DNA of 64,000 nucleotides, taken from the NCBI GenBank assembly GCA_039024635.1, contig JBCCQA010000003.1, positions 62,241-126,240 of the forward strand, given 5' to 3'. Position numbers and translations under genes: made by a program. This DNA is from Myxococcota bacterium (GTDB lineage: Bacteria > Myxococcota > Kuafuiibacteriia > Kuafuiibacteriales > Kuafuiibacteriaceae). This document shows positions 9,895 to 22,079 of the stretch, one piece after another (position 1 is the first letter of the stretch; each line of letters starts with the position of its first letter). The notes beneath the pieces were generated by a model that made no database searches, had not been told where the DNA came from, and worked only from the letters and a program-made list of their open reading frames with translations.

Positions 9895-10195
9895 AGGGGC
9901 TCTGCACGAATCCGTGGAGCCGCCCGACTACTCCGAGGAACTCTTGGAGGCCATGGAAGCGGTCTGGAGGCCTATCAGGTGACCGACCGTGTGGCCTTCG
10001 CCGAGCGGGCGAACGCGATCATCGCCGCGGCCCAGCGCATCTTGCTCGAGGAGTGTGGAGGTCGACGCAGCGGACTTGCTGGATCAACTGGCCTGACTCG
10101 TGGGCAGCATCGCTGCCAGACCTCACCGAGGTCGTTCGGCATAGCCAGAAACACATGGACCTCCCTCCTCACGCCACTGGCTCTCTGCGCGCGCT

Positions 10196-11167
10196 TCAAG
10201 GGATTGGGACGACGATACGGCCTCGCACCTGCCCGGCTAGGAGATACTGACAAGCCTGGGGAATTTGGTCGAACGCGACTTCGGTCTCCAGGGCCTCCAG
10301 CGTCGCGACGTCGAGGTGCTCGGCGAGCTGGGCCCAGGCTCGCTCGCGGCGCTCGGCCGGACACATGACGGAGTCGACGCCCAGCAGTCGCACGCCCCGA
10401 AGGATGAAGGGCGCGACCGAAGCGGGAAGGTCCATGCCTCCGGCCAGGCCGGTGGCGGCGATGACCCCGCCGTACTTGGTCATCGAGATCAGGTTGGCGA
10501 GGACGGTCGAACCCACGACATCGACGCCGCCGATCCAGCGCTCCTTGCCCAAGGGCCGCACCTTGCCTTCGAGCTCGCTCCTGTCCAGGAGCTCCGCCGC
10601 ACCCAGGGACTCGAGCCACTCTCGGTGAGCCTTGCGACCCGTGACGGCCAAGACCCGATAGCCCTGCTTGGAGAGAAGATGGATCGCGACCGAGCCGACG
10701 CCGCCGGTCGCGCCCGTGACGACCACGTCCCCGTCCGAGGGTCGGATCCCGGCCTCCTTCAGGGCGAGGACACAGAGGCTGGCCGTATAGCCGGCCGTGC
10801 CGATCACCATCGCTTGGCGGGGCGTGAAGGCCGAAGGGATCGGCGTCAACCAATCCACCGGGACCTTGGTACGCTCACTCCATCCGCCCCAGTGGGTCTC
10901 GCTCATGCCCCAGCCGTTCCCGACCACCGGGGTCCCGGCCTTCAGTGGGCCGGCGTCGGCGCGCAAGGTGCCGCTGAAGTCCAAACCCAACACCATGGGA
11001 TGACGCCGCACGATGGGCGCCTTGCCGGTCACAGCCAGGGCGTCCTTGTAGTTGACGGTGGAGAAGGCCACGTCGACCCAGGCGTCACCCTCGACCGCCT
11101 CCCAGTCTTGTTCGCTGAGGCTCTTCAGCTCGGGGGGCGCACTTTCGGTCTTGATCCAAGCTCGCAC
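10196..11167 (-). CDS. acuI: MDR-family oxidoreductase, YhdH/AcuI type (putative acryloyl-CoA reductase)
   Basis: [30 protein letters not shown] and [17 protein letters not shown] motifs; probable GTG start at 11167. Confidence 0.88.
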   Translation of the reverse strand: MRAWIKTESAPPELKSLSEQDWEAVEGDAWVDVAFSTVNYKDALAVTGKAPIVRRHPMVLGLDFSGTLRADAGPLKAGTPVVGNGWGMSETHWGGWSERTKVPVDWLTPIPSAFTPRQAMVIGTAGYTASLCVLALKEAGIRPSDGDVVVTGATGGVGSVAIHLLSKQGYRVLAVTGRKAHREWLESLGAAELLDRSELEGKVRPLGKERWIGGVDVVGSTVLANLISMTKYGGVIAATGLAGGMDLPASVAPFILRGVRLLGVDSVMCPAERRERAWAQLAEHLDVATLEALETEVAFDQIPQACQYLLAGQVRGRIVVPIP

Positions 11168-11177
11168 CCGAGTGGAC

Positions 11178-12539
11178 CTACTGGTCGGTGGCGGTCTCCG
11201 CCAAGGGGGCGCTGGGCTGAGGCTGCGTCGCCGGTGCCTCGGCGGCCGGCATGTCCCGACGCCCTGCGTCAGAAGCATAGGCCCGCATGCGCATCTCGGA
11301 CATGTCGAGACCCTCCCACTCATGGTCCGGATCGACCCGCAGGCCCACGGTCGCCTTCAGAAGGAACCAGGTCCCGCTCGCGGCGGCGGCTACGAAAGCG
11401 CCCACGACCAAAACCCCGACCAGCTGCGCACCCAGAAGACCCGCGCCCCCTCCGTACAGGAGCCCATCTCCGACGTCGGCCACGAAGCGGGCTTCGGCGA
11501 AGAGTCCGACGGCGAGGGTCCCCCAGATCCCGTTCAGTAGGTGAACCGGGATGGCGCCCACGGGATCGTCGATGCGGAGCCGATCCAGGCCGTAGATCCC
11601 CGCGACCACCAGGCCTCCGGCCACGAGACCGATGAAGACCGAGGACACCGCCGATACGAAAGCGCATCCGGCAGTGATGCCGACCAAGCCCGCCAGACAG
11701 CCATTGACCATCATCGTCAGGTCGAAGGTCTTGCTCACGCTGTAGCCGGCGATGGTGGCGCCCGCGACGCCAGCCATGGAGGCGAGAAGCGTTGTGGTGG
11801 CGATGTGGGCAATGGCCACCGGATCCGCGGCCATGGTCGAGCCGGCGTTGAAGCCGAACCATCCCAGCCACAGGATGAAGCCCCCGGCGGTTGCGAGGGC
11901 CAGGTTGTGGCCCGGAAGCGCGGTGATCCGGCCATCCTTCCCGAAGCGTCCCATGCGAGGCCCGACGAGAAGCGCGCCGGTCAGCGCTCCCCAGCCGCCG
12001 ACGGCATGGACCTGGGTGCTTCCGGCAAAGTCCCAAAAGCCAAAGCTGGCCAGCCATCCACCGCCCCAGATCCAGTGGCCGGTGATGGGATAGACCACGG
12101 CCACCAAGACGGCCGAGAAGGCCAAATAGGCCTCAAAGCGAATGCGCTCCGCTACCGCCCCCGAGACGATGGAGGCCGCGGCCATGGCAAAGCAGGCCTG
12201 AAAGAAGAACTTGGCCTCCAGTGGGATCCCCGCCCAGCTCAAAGAACCGAAGATCCCGGCGTAAGCCTCGTTCACGGCCGGACTGTTGTCGGTGCCCGCC
12301 AAGAAGAAGCCTCCCATGCCCACTACCGAGCTCCCGTCGGCAAACATCAAACCGAAGCCCAAAGCGAAGAAGGCGAGTCCGGCGATGGAGGCGACGGCGA
12401 AGTTCTTGGTTAGGACGCTGACGGCGTTCTTGGCGCGACAAAACCCGGTCTCCAGCAGGCCGAAGCCCGCGTTCATGAAGAAGACCAGTACGCCCGCCAG
12501 GACGACCCAGACAGTGTCGAGCGCGACCTGCGTGTCCAC
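11178..12539 (-). CDS. amtB: Ammonium transporter (Amt family)
   Basis: [41 protein letters not shown] and [10 protein letters not shown] (twin His) motifs; start GTG 12539, alternative TTG 12557. Confidence 0.96.
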   Translation of the reverse strand: MDTQVALDTVWVVLAGVLVFFMNAGFGLLETGFCRAKNAVSVLTKNFAVASIAGLAFFALGFGLMFADGSSVVGMGGFFLAGTDNSPAVNEAYAGIFGSLSWAGIPLEAKFFFQACFAMAAASIVSGAVAERIRFEAYLAFSAVLVAVVYPITGHWIWGGGWLASFGFWDFAGSTQVHAVGGWGALTGALLVGPRMGRFGKDGRITALPGHNLALATAGGFILWLGWFGFNAGSTMAADPVAIAHIATTTLLASMAGVAGATIAGYSVSKTFDLTMMVNGCLAGLVGITAGCAFVSAVSSVFIGLVAGGLVVAGIYGLDRLRIDDPVGAIPVHLLNGIWGTLAVGLFAEARFVADVGDGLLYGGGAGLLGAQLVGVLVVGAFVAAAASGTWFLLKATVGLRVDPDHEWEGLDMSEMRMRAYASDAGRRDMPAAEAPATQPQPSAPLAETATDQ

Positions 12540-12561
12540 GAGGCGCAGGTTGGCCAATGCC

Positions 12562-12577
12562 GCACCGCATCGGCCAA
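12562..12577 (-). promoter_or_regulatory. Putative sigma54 (-24/-12) promoter of amtB
   Basis: Minus strand TTGGCCGATGCGGTGC gives GG-N10-GC, 22 nt upstream of the GTG start; amt genes are commonly sigma54-controlled. Confidence 0.45.
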
Positions 12578-12610
12578 CTAAAATTGCGGCGTCTGGTCTA
12601 AATTCCCGCC

Positions 12611-14005
12611 GTGGCCCTCAGAACTCAGCTCTTGATGGCCGTGGTCGGTCCCGCCCTCTTGGTCCTAGTCGGCGTCCTGTGGATGGTGGACGTTTCCAGC
12701 CAGGCCGCCCTAGAGGCCTCTCTGGGGCGTCGTTTGGTCTCGGTTGCCCAGGGCGCCGCCGCCCTGATCCCGGGACGAGTGGTGCTTCTGGGTGAAGGTG
12801 ACGACGAGCGACGTACGGCACGCAGCGCCCGTAAGAAACTGGCCGACCTCGCGGCGGCGGCCGGCGTGCCCCGGCTCGTCGTGGCCACCGAACGGGGGGT
12901 CGTCGTCGACTCCTCGCAAGCCCGGCGGATCGGCGAACCCTATCTGCGGGCAGCAGTCGACGCCTTCGAACTGAGCCAAGTCGAAGGGGGCGAAGGGGTG
13001 GCCTCTCTCCTCTTCGAAGGAGCCGACGGTCGTCCCCACAAGACGGGGTACGCGCCCTTTCTCCACGAAGGCGAGATCGCCGGCTACGTAGCGGCCATGG
13101 CGCCCGCGGACTACACCCAGGCCTTGGGCCGACTACGAACTAGGCTCCTTGGGGGGGCTGGCTTGGGCTTGGCCGTATTGGTCGTCCTGGCTCTCACCGT
13201 CGCCCGCTGGATGTCGGTCCCGCTCTCCCGACTGGCCCGGGCCGCCCGCCGGATCGGCGAGGGTGAGCTCGAGACAAGGGTCGCGGTCGAGGGTCCCCGG
13301 GAGGCCCAGGTCTTGGCAACGACCATGAACCGCATGAGCGAGGCTTTGCGGGCCCGCGATCTCCGGCTTCAGATGATGCTCTCCGGCATCGCGCACGAGG
13401 TTCGAAATCCGTTAGGAGGGATCGAGCTCTTCGGGGGCCTTCTGCACGAGGACCTGGAGATAGGCGATCCTCGCAGAGGTCACGTCGAGCGGATCTTGTC
13501 CGAACTTCGGACCCTCTCGAAGGTGGTGAACGACTTCCTGGAGTACGCGAGGGAGCGACCGCCCGAGCTCGAGACCCACTCGGCGGTCGCGCTTCTGCGA
13601 GATGCTTGGGAGATGACCGCCTCCGAGGCTCCGTTCCAGCTCGAAGATCACAGCGAAGTAGGCATGGTCGTGGTGGACGGCGACCGGATGCGGCGGGCGC
13701 TCATGAACCTCCTGCAGAACGGCGCCCAGGCCGCGGCGGGGGGCCAGGTCCGAGCGACGGTCGAAGACCGAGACCAGGAACTCCTGCTGACCATCGAAGA
13801 TGCCGGACCCGGCATCCCGGCCGACATCAGGTCTCAGATTTTCGAGCCCTTCTTCACCACGCGTCAAAAAGGGACGGGTCTCGGTTTGGCCCTGGTGAAC
13901 AAGACGGTGAACGAGGTCGGGGGCCAGGTCGAGCTGGGCGAGTCTTCTCGTCTCGGCGGCGCACGCTTCGAAATTCGGCTCCCGAAGTCCGCAGGCTCTC
14001 GGTAG
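12611..14005 (+). CDS. HAMP-domain sensor histidine kinase
   Basis: Two TMs, HAMP, H-box IAHEVRNPLGGI, N-box NLLQNGAQA, DAGPGI and FFTTRQKGTGLGL. Confidence 0.95.
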   Translation: MALRTQLLMAVVGPALLVLVGVLWMVDVSSQAALEASLGRRLVSVAQGAAALIPGRVVLLGEGDDERRTARSARKKLADLAAAAGVPRLVVATERGVVVDSSQARRIGEPYLRAAVDAFELSQVEGGEGVASLLFEGADGRPHKTGYAPFLHEGEIAGYVAAMAPADYTQALGRLRTRLLGGAGLGLAVLVVLALTVARWMSVPLSRLARAARRIGEGELETRVAVEGPREAQVLATTMNRMSEALRARDLRLQMMLSGIAHEVRNPLGGIELFGGLLHEDLEIGDPRRGHVERILSELRTLSKVVNDFLEYARERPPELETHSAVALLRDAWEMTASEAPFQLEDHSEVGMVVVDGDRMRRALMNLLQNGAQAAAGGQVRATVEDRDQELLLTIEDAGPGIPADIRSQIFEPFFTTRQKGTGLGLALVNKTVNEVGGQVELGESSRLGGARFEIRLPKSAGSR

Positions 14006-14014
14006 TCTCTGTGC

Positions 14015-15445
<1,431 letters not shown>

Positions 15446-15581
15446 GAGGTTCGAATTTCCGCCGGCGCCCGAGGTGGGATACGGACCGCCGAAAAGGCCT
15501 TGGAAGGACCCATGCGTGGGGCTGGACCCTCTCCGGAGGGATCTTGGCCGGGTTCGAAGCGCAACGAGTCCTTTGCGCCGT

Positions 15582-15597
15582 CGGTATGGGCGTTGCA
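15582..15597 (+). promoter_or_regulatory. Putative sigma54 (-24/-12) promoter
   Basis: CGGTATGGGCGTTGCA gives GG-N10-GC with canonical TTGCA, 16 nt before GTG 15614 and directly downstream of the EBP gene. Confidence 0.6.
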
Positions 15598-15613
15598 TTC
15601 TAGATGGCCTCTG

Positions 15614-16786
15614 GTGTTTCGACGCGTCGCCATAGCCGGCCTGGTCTTGATGACTGGGGCCGCCAGCGCCAGCGAGGGCGTGGAGAATTGGCTGCGGCGC
15701 TGTGAAGCTCGGGTCGAGTCGGTCCGCAAGCTCGAGGCTCGATTGGCCCAGCTGTTCGACGCTCAACGGAGCCTTCAAGACGACATCACTGCTCGCAAGG
15801 CGGCCCGGGACGGCGGCGGGCCCGAGCTCCGCGCCCTGCTGGAGAGCTCCCTTCGCTTGGAGGCCGAGCTGGAAGCGGGCCTCGACCAGCGGGACACGCT
15901 CCGCAAGCTCGCAGCGCAAGACTGCGACCGGGGTATCGAGCGGGCGCGGAACGAGCTCCGTCGCCTCCAGCCTCTCCTCCGGACCGGACCCTTGAAGGAA
16001 CGACGGGCGGCAGCTCGAAGCATTCAGGGGCTTCGGTCCCAGCTGTCTTCCCTCGACGAATTCCGGCGGGTCTTGTCCCCGCCCGAAGATCAGGTGGGCC
16101 TCGCTTGGAGTGACCTTCCCCTGGAGGTCGACCCCCTGGATGGTCCCGAAGACCTAGAGGGCAAGGCCGACTTCGTGGAGGACGCCCGGGATCGGCTCCG
16201 AGAAAAGCGGGCTCTTCTCGCAGAGCTCTACGTCCAGTCTCGTCAGGCCAAGGCCCTCCGCCGAGCAGCTCGGGACTTCGTGACCGACATTCAGATCTTC
16301 GACGAATCGGCGCGAAGCCCCCAGAGTGCCCAGGCCACGACCAACACCCGAAACGAGCAGACCGGCGGCGGCGGTGGAGACGCGTCCGCCGACGACAACT
16401 TCACCGATGGCCCCGGCGCCCCGAGCCCAGTGGGGGGCAGCGAAGACGGGATCCCCAGTACGCCTACGAATGGGCGAGAGGCGGTCGGAGGCCTGGATGG
16501 CTTCGAGGGCGAGGGCGGCGTAATCCCGCCCTCTTTCATTCTCGAACCGGGGGCGACACCTCCACCCAGCGAGACGCCCTCGGATGGCGGCAGCAACCTC
16601 AGCTCTGGCGTGTCTCCGAGCTTCCTTCTCAACCTCCGCGTCGACCAGCTCGAGGACCGTAAGCTCGACTTGCGCACCCTCGAGAAGCTGCTCGAAGACA
16701 TGGCCCGCCTCGACGAGGTCCTGGCGGCCAAGGCGGTCGAGATGCGCATGAAGGCCAAGGAGCTCGGCCGCATCGACCGGCCGTGA
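15614..16786 (+). CDS. Secreted coiled-coil protein with a Gly/Pro/acidic linker, function unknown
   Basis: Signal peptide VFRRVAIAGLVLMTGAASA; long heptad-rich helices; low-complexity middle segment; helical C-terminus. Confidence 0.8.
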   Translation: MFRRVAIAGLVLMTGAASASEGVENWLRRCEARVESVRKLEARLAQLFDAQRSLQDDITARKAARDGGGPELRALLESSLRLEAELEAGLDQRDTLRKLAAQDCDRGIERARNELRRLQPLLRTGPLKERRAAARSIQGLRSQLSSLDEFRRVLSPPEDQVGLAWSDLPLEVDPLDGPEDLEGKADFVEDARDRLREKRALLAELYVQSRQAKALRRAARDFVTDIQIFDESARSPQSAQATTNTRNEQTGGGGGDASADDNFTDGPGAPSPVGGSEDGIPSTPTNGREAVGGLDGFEGEGGVIPPSFILEPGATPPPSETPSDGGSNLSSGVSPSFLLNLRVDQLEDRKLDLRTLEKLLEDMARLDEVLAAKAVEMRMKAKELGRIDRP

Positions 16787-17961
16787 GGCGACTCCTCCTC
16801 GTCCTTCTCTTTTCTTGCGTCGCCGAACAGGCCGGGGCCGAGGCCGATGGTTCGGTCCGAGCCAGCTTCGGAGGGGAGTACGACAGCAATGCCCGGCGAG
16901 AACCTCGCCTGGCCGACGAGGGCCCTTACGTCGACGACGGCCTCCTCCGCTTCACCGGGGAGGCCCGGGGGCGAGTTCGACAAGGGCCTTGGTCGGGCCG
17001 AGGAAGCCTCCTCCTCGGCGCCAAGCGATTCGTCGGTGAAACCTCCGAAGACCTCTTGGCCTATCGACTGTCCCTGGGCGGCCGCCGTCAGTTCGGACCT
17101 TGGTACGTCGACTTGGAAGGCGGCCACCGGCTGAGCCGGGTCCGCCGCGGCGTGCGGGACTACGCCTGGAGCACGACCGACCTCAGCTTCGGGCGCCGTT
17201 TCGGGGACCGACTGCAACTCGGACTGCGGGGCTCGCTGTGGCGCTACGCTTTCGACGCGGTCCCTAGCCTGAGCTACGTGAGCCCCCGCGTGGAACTGGA
17301 GGCGCTCGTTCGGCTAGGAAAGGGCTACACCCTCTCCAATACTCTGGGCGCCAACCTGGAGAGCTTCGACGACTTCGGTCGGGAGCACACCGAGTGGCAG
17401 GTTCAAACCCAGGTCCAATACGGCGGTCCGTGGCTTTGGGGACTGACCTACTTCGGCCGCTTCCAGGACTCGAACGTGCGACTTCGGCTCGAAGATGACG
17501 TCCTTCGCGTCGGACCCGGCAGCGAAATCGGAGAAGCGTCGGGCGACGTGAAACCGGAAGACGTCGCCCGGCACAAGGTCACGGCCTTCGTTTCATTTGG
17601 CCTTCCTTGGCGACTGTTCGTGACCGCCTCCGCCTCCCTGCTCTTCAACAGGAACGACTCCATCGACCAGATCAATGCCCTCATCGACGAGCTGGAGAAC
17701 ACGCCTGGAGATGAAGACGTGCAGGACCGGCTGAGGGCATCGATTGACGGCCTGGCCAGCTTTGCCGACCCCGCCAACTTCGACGAGAACCAGAACCAGC
17801 TCCAGGTGCAGATCCGGAGAGCCTTCAGCGACAGTCTGTCGGTGGAGGTGCGATATGCAATTTTTTCTGATCTTTTTGGTTCGGCCGAAGACATCGAATT
17901 CCTGCGTCAAACCGTCTTCATTGGAGTCACCGGCTACCTGGAGGGGGGCTCGGGCGATTGA
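16783..17961 (+). CDS. Putative outer-membrane beta-barrel protein
   Basis: Signal peptide; GGEYDSNARR first strand; alternating hydrophobic strands; C-terminal VFIGVTGY; GTGA overlap with the upstream gene. Confidence 0.75.
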   Translation: MRRLLLVLLFSCVAEQAGAEADGSVRASFGGEYDSNARREPRLADEGPYVDDGLLRFTGEARGRVRQGPWSGRGSLLLGAKRFVGETSEDLLAYRLSLGGRRQFGPWYVDLEGGHRLSRVRRGVRDYAWSTTDLSFGRRFGDRLQLGLRGSLWRYAFDAVPSLSYVSPRVELEALVRLGKGYTLSNTLGANLESFDDFGREHTEWQVQTQVQYGGPWLWGLTYFGRFQDSNVRLRLEDDVLRVGPGSEIGEASGDVKPEDVARHKVTAFVSFGLPWRLFVTASASLLFNRNDSIDQINALIDELENTPGDEDVQDRLRASIDGLASFADPANFDENQNQLQVQIRRAFSDSLSVEVRYAIFSDLFGSAEDIEFLRQTVFIGVTGYLEGGSGD

Positions 17962-17992
17962 ACCCCCCCGACCGCTGAGCAAGACTGAGGAC

Positions 17993-18400
17993 GTGAGCAA
18001 CGACCTGCGCGCCGAGCGACACCACGTGGAGCTGAAGCTCGTCTACGACGACGGCAGCAGCTTCTCGACGGGGCGGGTTCGGGACGTCTCTGACACTGGC
18101 TTGTTCTTGGAGACGGCGGAGCCCCTACCCAAAGGCACCATCATCAAGCTCTTCCCCCTCAACCCCGAGGCGGGAGAGATCTTCGAGATCGAAGCCGAGG
18201 TCATGCGGATAGAGGCCGACGATGAAGACGCTTCCACCCTGGGCGGAATGGGTCTTCATTTCATGCACAAAGAAGACGAGGCCCCAGTGCATCTTCTGAT
18301 CGAGGCCTTGGAGAAGCAGAAAGACCAGACCGTCAAAGACCCGTTTCTCGGGATTCGGGTGCCCTTGACACAAGACCAGGCCCAGGGCGGCGACGCCTGA
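17993..18400 (+). CDS. PilZ-domain protein
   Basis: RAERH (RxxxR-like), RDVSDTGLF (DxSxxG), EAEVMR and GMGLHF motifs. Confidence 0.85.
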   Translation: MSNDLRAERHHVELKLVYDDGSSFSTGRVRDVSDTGLFLETAEPLPKGTIIKLFPLNPEAGEIFEIEAEVMRIEADDEDASTLGGMGLHFMHKEDEAPVHLLIEALEKQKDQTVKDPFLGIRVPLTQDQAQGGDA

Positions 18401-18412
18401 GGGCGACCTCGC

Positions 18413-18781
18413 TCAGGTGCTGAAGCTCGAGCCGCAGCCGCAGGTGGTGCTGGCGCCCGGGTTGTTGAACTTGAAGCCCGACCCCTGGATGCCCATGACG
18501 TAGTCGATGGAGGTCCCCTCCAAGTGCATGGCGGAGATCGGGTCGACGAACACCCGAAGCTCGTCGAAGACCATCTCGAAGTCCCCGAACTTGGGCTCGT
18601 TGTCGAAGTCCAAGCCGTACTGGAAGCCTGAGCAGCCTCCGCCCTGTACGAAGATCCGCAGACCGTACGTGTCATCGAACTTCTCGGCCACGATGGCCTC
18701 CTTCACCATTTCGATGGCTTTGGGGGTCAGCTCGACGGGCGGCTCCTCGTTCGGACCGAGCAGGACGTGTGCGGTGCTCAT
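18413..18781 (-). CDS. erpA: A-type Fe-S cluster carrier (IscA/ErpA/HesB family)
   Basis: GGGCSGFQY, GFKFNNP and TCGCGSSF motifs. Confidence 0.93.
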   Translation of the reverse strand: MSTAHVLLGPNEEPPVELTPKAIEMVKEAIVAEKFDDTYGLRIFVQGGGCSGFQYGLDFDNEPKFGDFEMVFDELRVFVDPISAMHLEGTSIDYVMGIQGSGFKFNNPGASTTCGCGSSFST

Positions 18782-18856
18782 CGGCAAAATCCTAGCATCG
18801 CCGGTCCTGGGGTAAAGACGATTCGCTTTCCGGGCCCGCCTAGGAGATGGGAGGCC

Positions 18857-19333
18857 GTGGCTCGGTTCCACCAGTCCTTCCGTGTGGGTGCCCCGATCGA
18901 GGCCGTACGGGCATTTCACGCCAGCCCAGCAGCCCTGAAAGCCCTGACGCCCCCACCCGTCATCGTCCAGCTCCATCGCTTCGGCGAAATGAGGGAGGGC
19001 ATGGAGGCCGAATTCACCCTGTGGTTGGGGCCCCTTCCCATCCGCTGGACCGCCAGGCACGAAAACGTGGGGCCCGAGGGTTTCGACGACGTCTTGGTGG
19101 AGGGCCCCATGGCGGCCTGGCGGCACCAGCACCGCTTCTGGGAAGAGCCCGATGGTGCTTCTCGGGTGGAGGACACCATCGACTACGCCCACCCTCCCGG
19201 ATGGGCAGGCCTTTGGACCCGACTGATGTTCGGCGCCCTCGCTCTTCGCGGAACCTTCTTCTACCGACAGCTCGCCACCCGCAGGGGCGTTCGGCGACTG
19301 CAAGAAGACTTACAGAACCGTCAAGTTCGATAG
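18857..19333 (+). CDS. SRPBCC family protein
   Basis: APIEAVRAFH...ALKALTPP, FDDVLVEGPMAAWRHQHRF and VEDTIDY motifs. Confidence 0.87.
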   Translation: MARFHQSFRVGAPIEAVRAFHASPAALKALTPPPVIVQLHRFGEMREGMEAEFTLWLGPLPIRWTARHENVGPEGFDDVLVEGPMAAWRHQHRFWEEPDGASRVEDTIDYAHPPGWAGLWTRLMFGALALRGTFFYRQLATRRGVRRLQEDLQNRQVR

Positions 19334-19372
19334 CAGGGGTCGACTTCGGGCACCCGATGCTAGCGTCCCTTC

Positions 19373-20341
19373 ATGGAGACTCGACGTCTGGGTCGGACTG
19401 GACTGTCCGTGAGCCGCATCGGTTTGGGGACGGCCGCTCTCGGCCGGCCCGCCTACATGACCCTCGGCCGAGAGCGAGACTTTCCGGAGGGTCGCTCGCC
19501 CCAAGAAATGGCGAGCCGCACCTTCTCTCTTCTCGACGTAGCCAGGGCACGCGGCGTGGCCTACATCGACACCGCCCGATCCTACGGCCAAGGGGAGGGC
19601 TTCGTCGCCGACTGGCTGTCCGATCGGGACATCGAGCCCGGCTCCATCTGCGTGGGGTCCAAGTGGGGCTATCGCTATGTGGGAGCCTGGCGGATGGACG
19701 CCGAGATCCACGAGACGAAGCAACTGGACCTGCCCACCTTGGAACGGCAGTGGGACGCGAGTCGCAAAGTGCTGTGGACTCATCTCGACCTCTATCAGGT
19801 CCACTCCATCACACCCAATCACCCGGTCCTCGAGGACGAAGCGGTCTGGGCTCGTCTCGCTCTGCTTCGAGCGGAGTTCGGGGTCCGAATCGGGGCCACC
19901 GTGAGCGGGCCCCGACAATCCGAGACCATTCGCGCCCTCCTCGACCTCCGGGTCGACGGAGAGCCGATCGTTGAGTCCATTCAAGCGACCTGGAACCTTC
20001 TGGAGCCGAACGCCGGTCCAGCCCTGGCCGCGGCCCACGATGTGGGCGTCGGCGTGATCATCAAGGAAGTCCACGCCAACGGCCGGCTAGCCGATCCGGA
20101 GGAGCTACCCCCTGGCCTGATCCAGGAAGCACGTCAGGCCGGCCTCCCCATCGACGCGTGGGCCCTGTCGGCTGCGCTGGCTCAGCCCTGGGCAGACGTC
20201 GTCCTCTCGGGCGCGGTGACCCGAGCGCAGCTGATGAGCCATCTGCGCGCCGACGGTCGAAGATTCGATGCCGACATCGAGGCCTTCCGAGAAACTCCAG
20301 AGTCCTACTGGGCACGCCGGGCCCAGCTTCCTTGGGGCTGA
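19373..20341 (+). CDS. Aldo/keto reductase
   Basis: LGRTGLSVSRIGLG, IDTARSYG, VGSKWG and LDLYQVHS motifs. Confidence 0.92.
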   Translation: METRRLGRTGLSVSRIGLGTAALGRPAYMTLGRERDFPEGRSPQEMASRTFSLLDVARARGVAYIDTARSYGQGEGFVADWLSDRDIEPGSICVGSKWGYRYVGAWRMDAEIHETKQLDLPTLERQWDASRKVLWTHLDLYQVHSITPNHPVLEDEAVWARLALLRAEFGVRIGATVSGPRQSETIRALLDLRVDGEPIVESIQATWNLLEPNAGPALAAAHDVGVGVIIKEVHANGRLADPEELPPGLIQEARQAGLPIDAWALSAALAQPWADVVLSGAVTRAQLMSHLRADGRRFDADIEAFRETPESYWARRAQLPWG

Positions 20342-20350
20342 AGCCTTCGC

Positions 20351-22069
20351 TCAGCTGAGCTGGTGGGCCACCAGGCGTCGATAGAGCCCATCCGCACTCA
20401 TCAGCTCTTGATGGGCGCCCTGCTCCACCACTTGCCCCTGCTCGAGAACGACCACCTCGTCCGCGTCCCGCACCGTACTGAGACGGTGGGCGATGACGAT
20501 CAGCGTTCGGCCCTGCTGAAGCCGGTCCAAGGCCTGCTTCACCTCGGCTTCGGCCTCAGCGTCCAGCGCCGAAGTGGCTTCGTCCAGGACCAGGATCGGG
20601 GGATCGGCCAGGAGAGCCCGGGCGATGGCGAGTCGTTGGCGCTGGCCGCCGCTGAGCTGCACGCCGCGCTCTCCGACCTCGGTGTGATAGCCATCGGGAA
20701 GCCCGAGCACGAAGTCGTGGGCGTAGGCATCTCGGGCCGCTCGCTCGATGTCGGCTTGGGTAGCTCCCGGTCGACCGAAGCGGATGTTCTCCGCGATGGT
20801 GGTCGAGAACAGGACGGGCTCCTGGGCTACCAGTCCCATCTGATCTCGAAGCCAGCGAATGTCGTAGTCCCGCAGATCCTGTCCATCGAGGCGAATCTGG
20901 CCCTCGACGGGATCGTAGAATCGAAACAGCAGGCTGACGATGGTCGACTTGCCCGCCCCCGAGGGACCCACGAGGGCGACGGTCTTGGTGGGGGCGACCT
21001 CGAGTTCGATGCCACGCAGGACGTGGCCTTTCCGAGAAGGATAGCCAAAGTCTACGCCGTCGAAGACGATGTGGCCCTCGGAGCGACGCTCTGGAACCCA
21101 ACCCAAGCCCGTGGGGGGGGCTGGAGCATCAAGATAGGCGAAGACTCGCAAAGTGGCGCCGGTGGCCCGCATGAAGTCGCTCCAAAGTTCGGCCAAGCTT
21201 CCAAGCGAGACCGACAGCATCAGGGTGTACAGCACGAAGGCGGTGAGCTCACCTCCACTGAGGGCGCCCTGGACGTTCATTTGGGCGCCGAGGAGAAGGA
21301 CACCAATCATCGCGGTGAACCCCACCATGGTCGCGCTGACGAAGAAGATCGAAGAGGCGCGTATCCTATGGCGGGCCGCATCGAAGGCGCCGTCGACCCG
21401 ACGCTTGTAGTGGGCGCTGGCTCGCTCTTCGGCACTGAAAGCCCGGATGGTTCGAATGGCACCTAGCGTCTCTTCCGCAACCTCACCTGCACGAGCCAAG
21501 GCGTCCTGAGCCTGGGCCGAACGACGACGCACGAGACGGCCGAAAGCGACCGCACCTATGGCGATGGGCGGGACCACCGCCAACATGACCAGGGTCAACT
21601 TGACCGAGATGGTGAACAGCAGGGCCACCGCCCCCACGGCGGAAGCCACGCTCCGCAGCACCATGGAGACGTTGACGCTCACCGCGTTCTGAATGAGCTG
21701 GGCGTCCGAGCTCAGCCGACTGAGGAGCTCGCCCGTGCGGTGGCGATCGAAGAAGGCGATGGGCTCCTGCGAGAAACGATCGAAGAGCTGCGTACGGAGA
21801 TCGGCGACGATTCGCTCGCCGGCCAGGGTGAAGAGATAGAAGCGGGCCCCTCCAGCAAGGGACTGCACCGTCAGCAAGCCGAAGACCCAGGCCGCGGTCC
21901 GATAGACCGTCCCCATGCTCTCCTGACCGAGACCTTCATCCAGGAGCCCCTGCACGACCTTGGGCAGAGCCAAGGTCGCGGCGCTGGAGAGGATGAGGAA
22001 CACGAGCCCGGCCCCCAGGCGTCGAGTTTCCGGGCGAGCCAGCCGGAGGAGTCGGATAAGAGCGCCCAT
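20351..22069 (-). CDS. ABC exporter, fused TMD + ATPase (MsbA/ABCB-like)
   Basis: Six TMs; GPSGAGKS, LSGGQRQR, ILVLDEATSALD and IAHRLST motifs; probable ATG start at 22069. Confidence 0.95.
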   Translation of the reverse strand: MGALIRLLRLARPETRRLGAGLVFLILSSAATLALPKVVQGLLDEGLGQESMGTVYRTAAWVFGLLTVQSLAGGARFYLFTLAGERIVADLRTQLFDRFSQEPIAFFDRHRTGELLSRLSSDAQLIQNAVSVNVSMVLRSVASAVGAVALLFTISVKLTLVMLAVVPPIAIGAVAFGRLVRRRSAQAQDALARAGEVAEETLGAIRTIRAFSAEERASAHYKRRVDGAFDAARHRIRASSIFFVSATMVGFTAMIGVLLLGAQMNVQGALSGGELTAFVLYTLMLSVSLGSLAELWSDFMRATGATLRVFAYLDAPAPPTGLGWVPERRSEGHIVFDGVDFGYPSRKGHVLRGIELEVAPTKTVALVGPSGAGKSTIVSLLFRFYDPVEGQIRLDGQDLRDYDIRWLRDQMGLVAQEPVLFSTTIAENIRFGRPGATQADIERAARDAYAHDFVLGLPDGYHTEVGERGVQLSGGQRQRLAIARALLADPPILVLDEATSALDAEAEAEVKQALDRLQQGRTLIVIAHRLSTVRDADEVVVLEQGQVVEQGAHQELMSADGLYRRLVAHQLS

Positions 22070-22079
22070 GGCAAAATGG

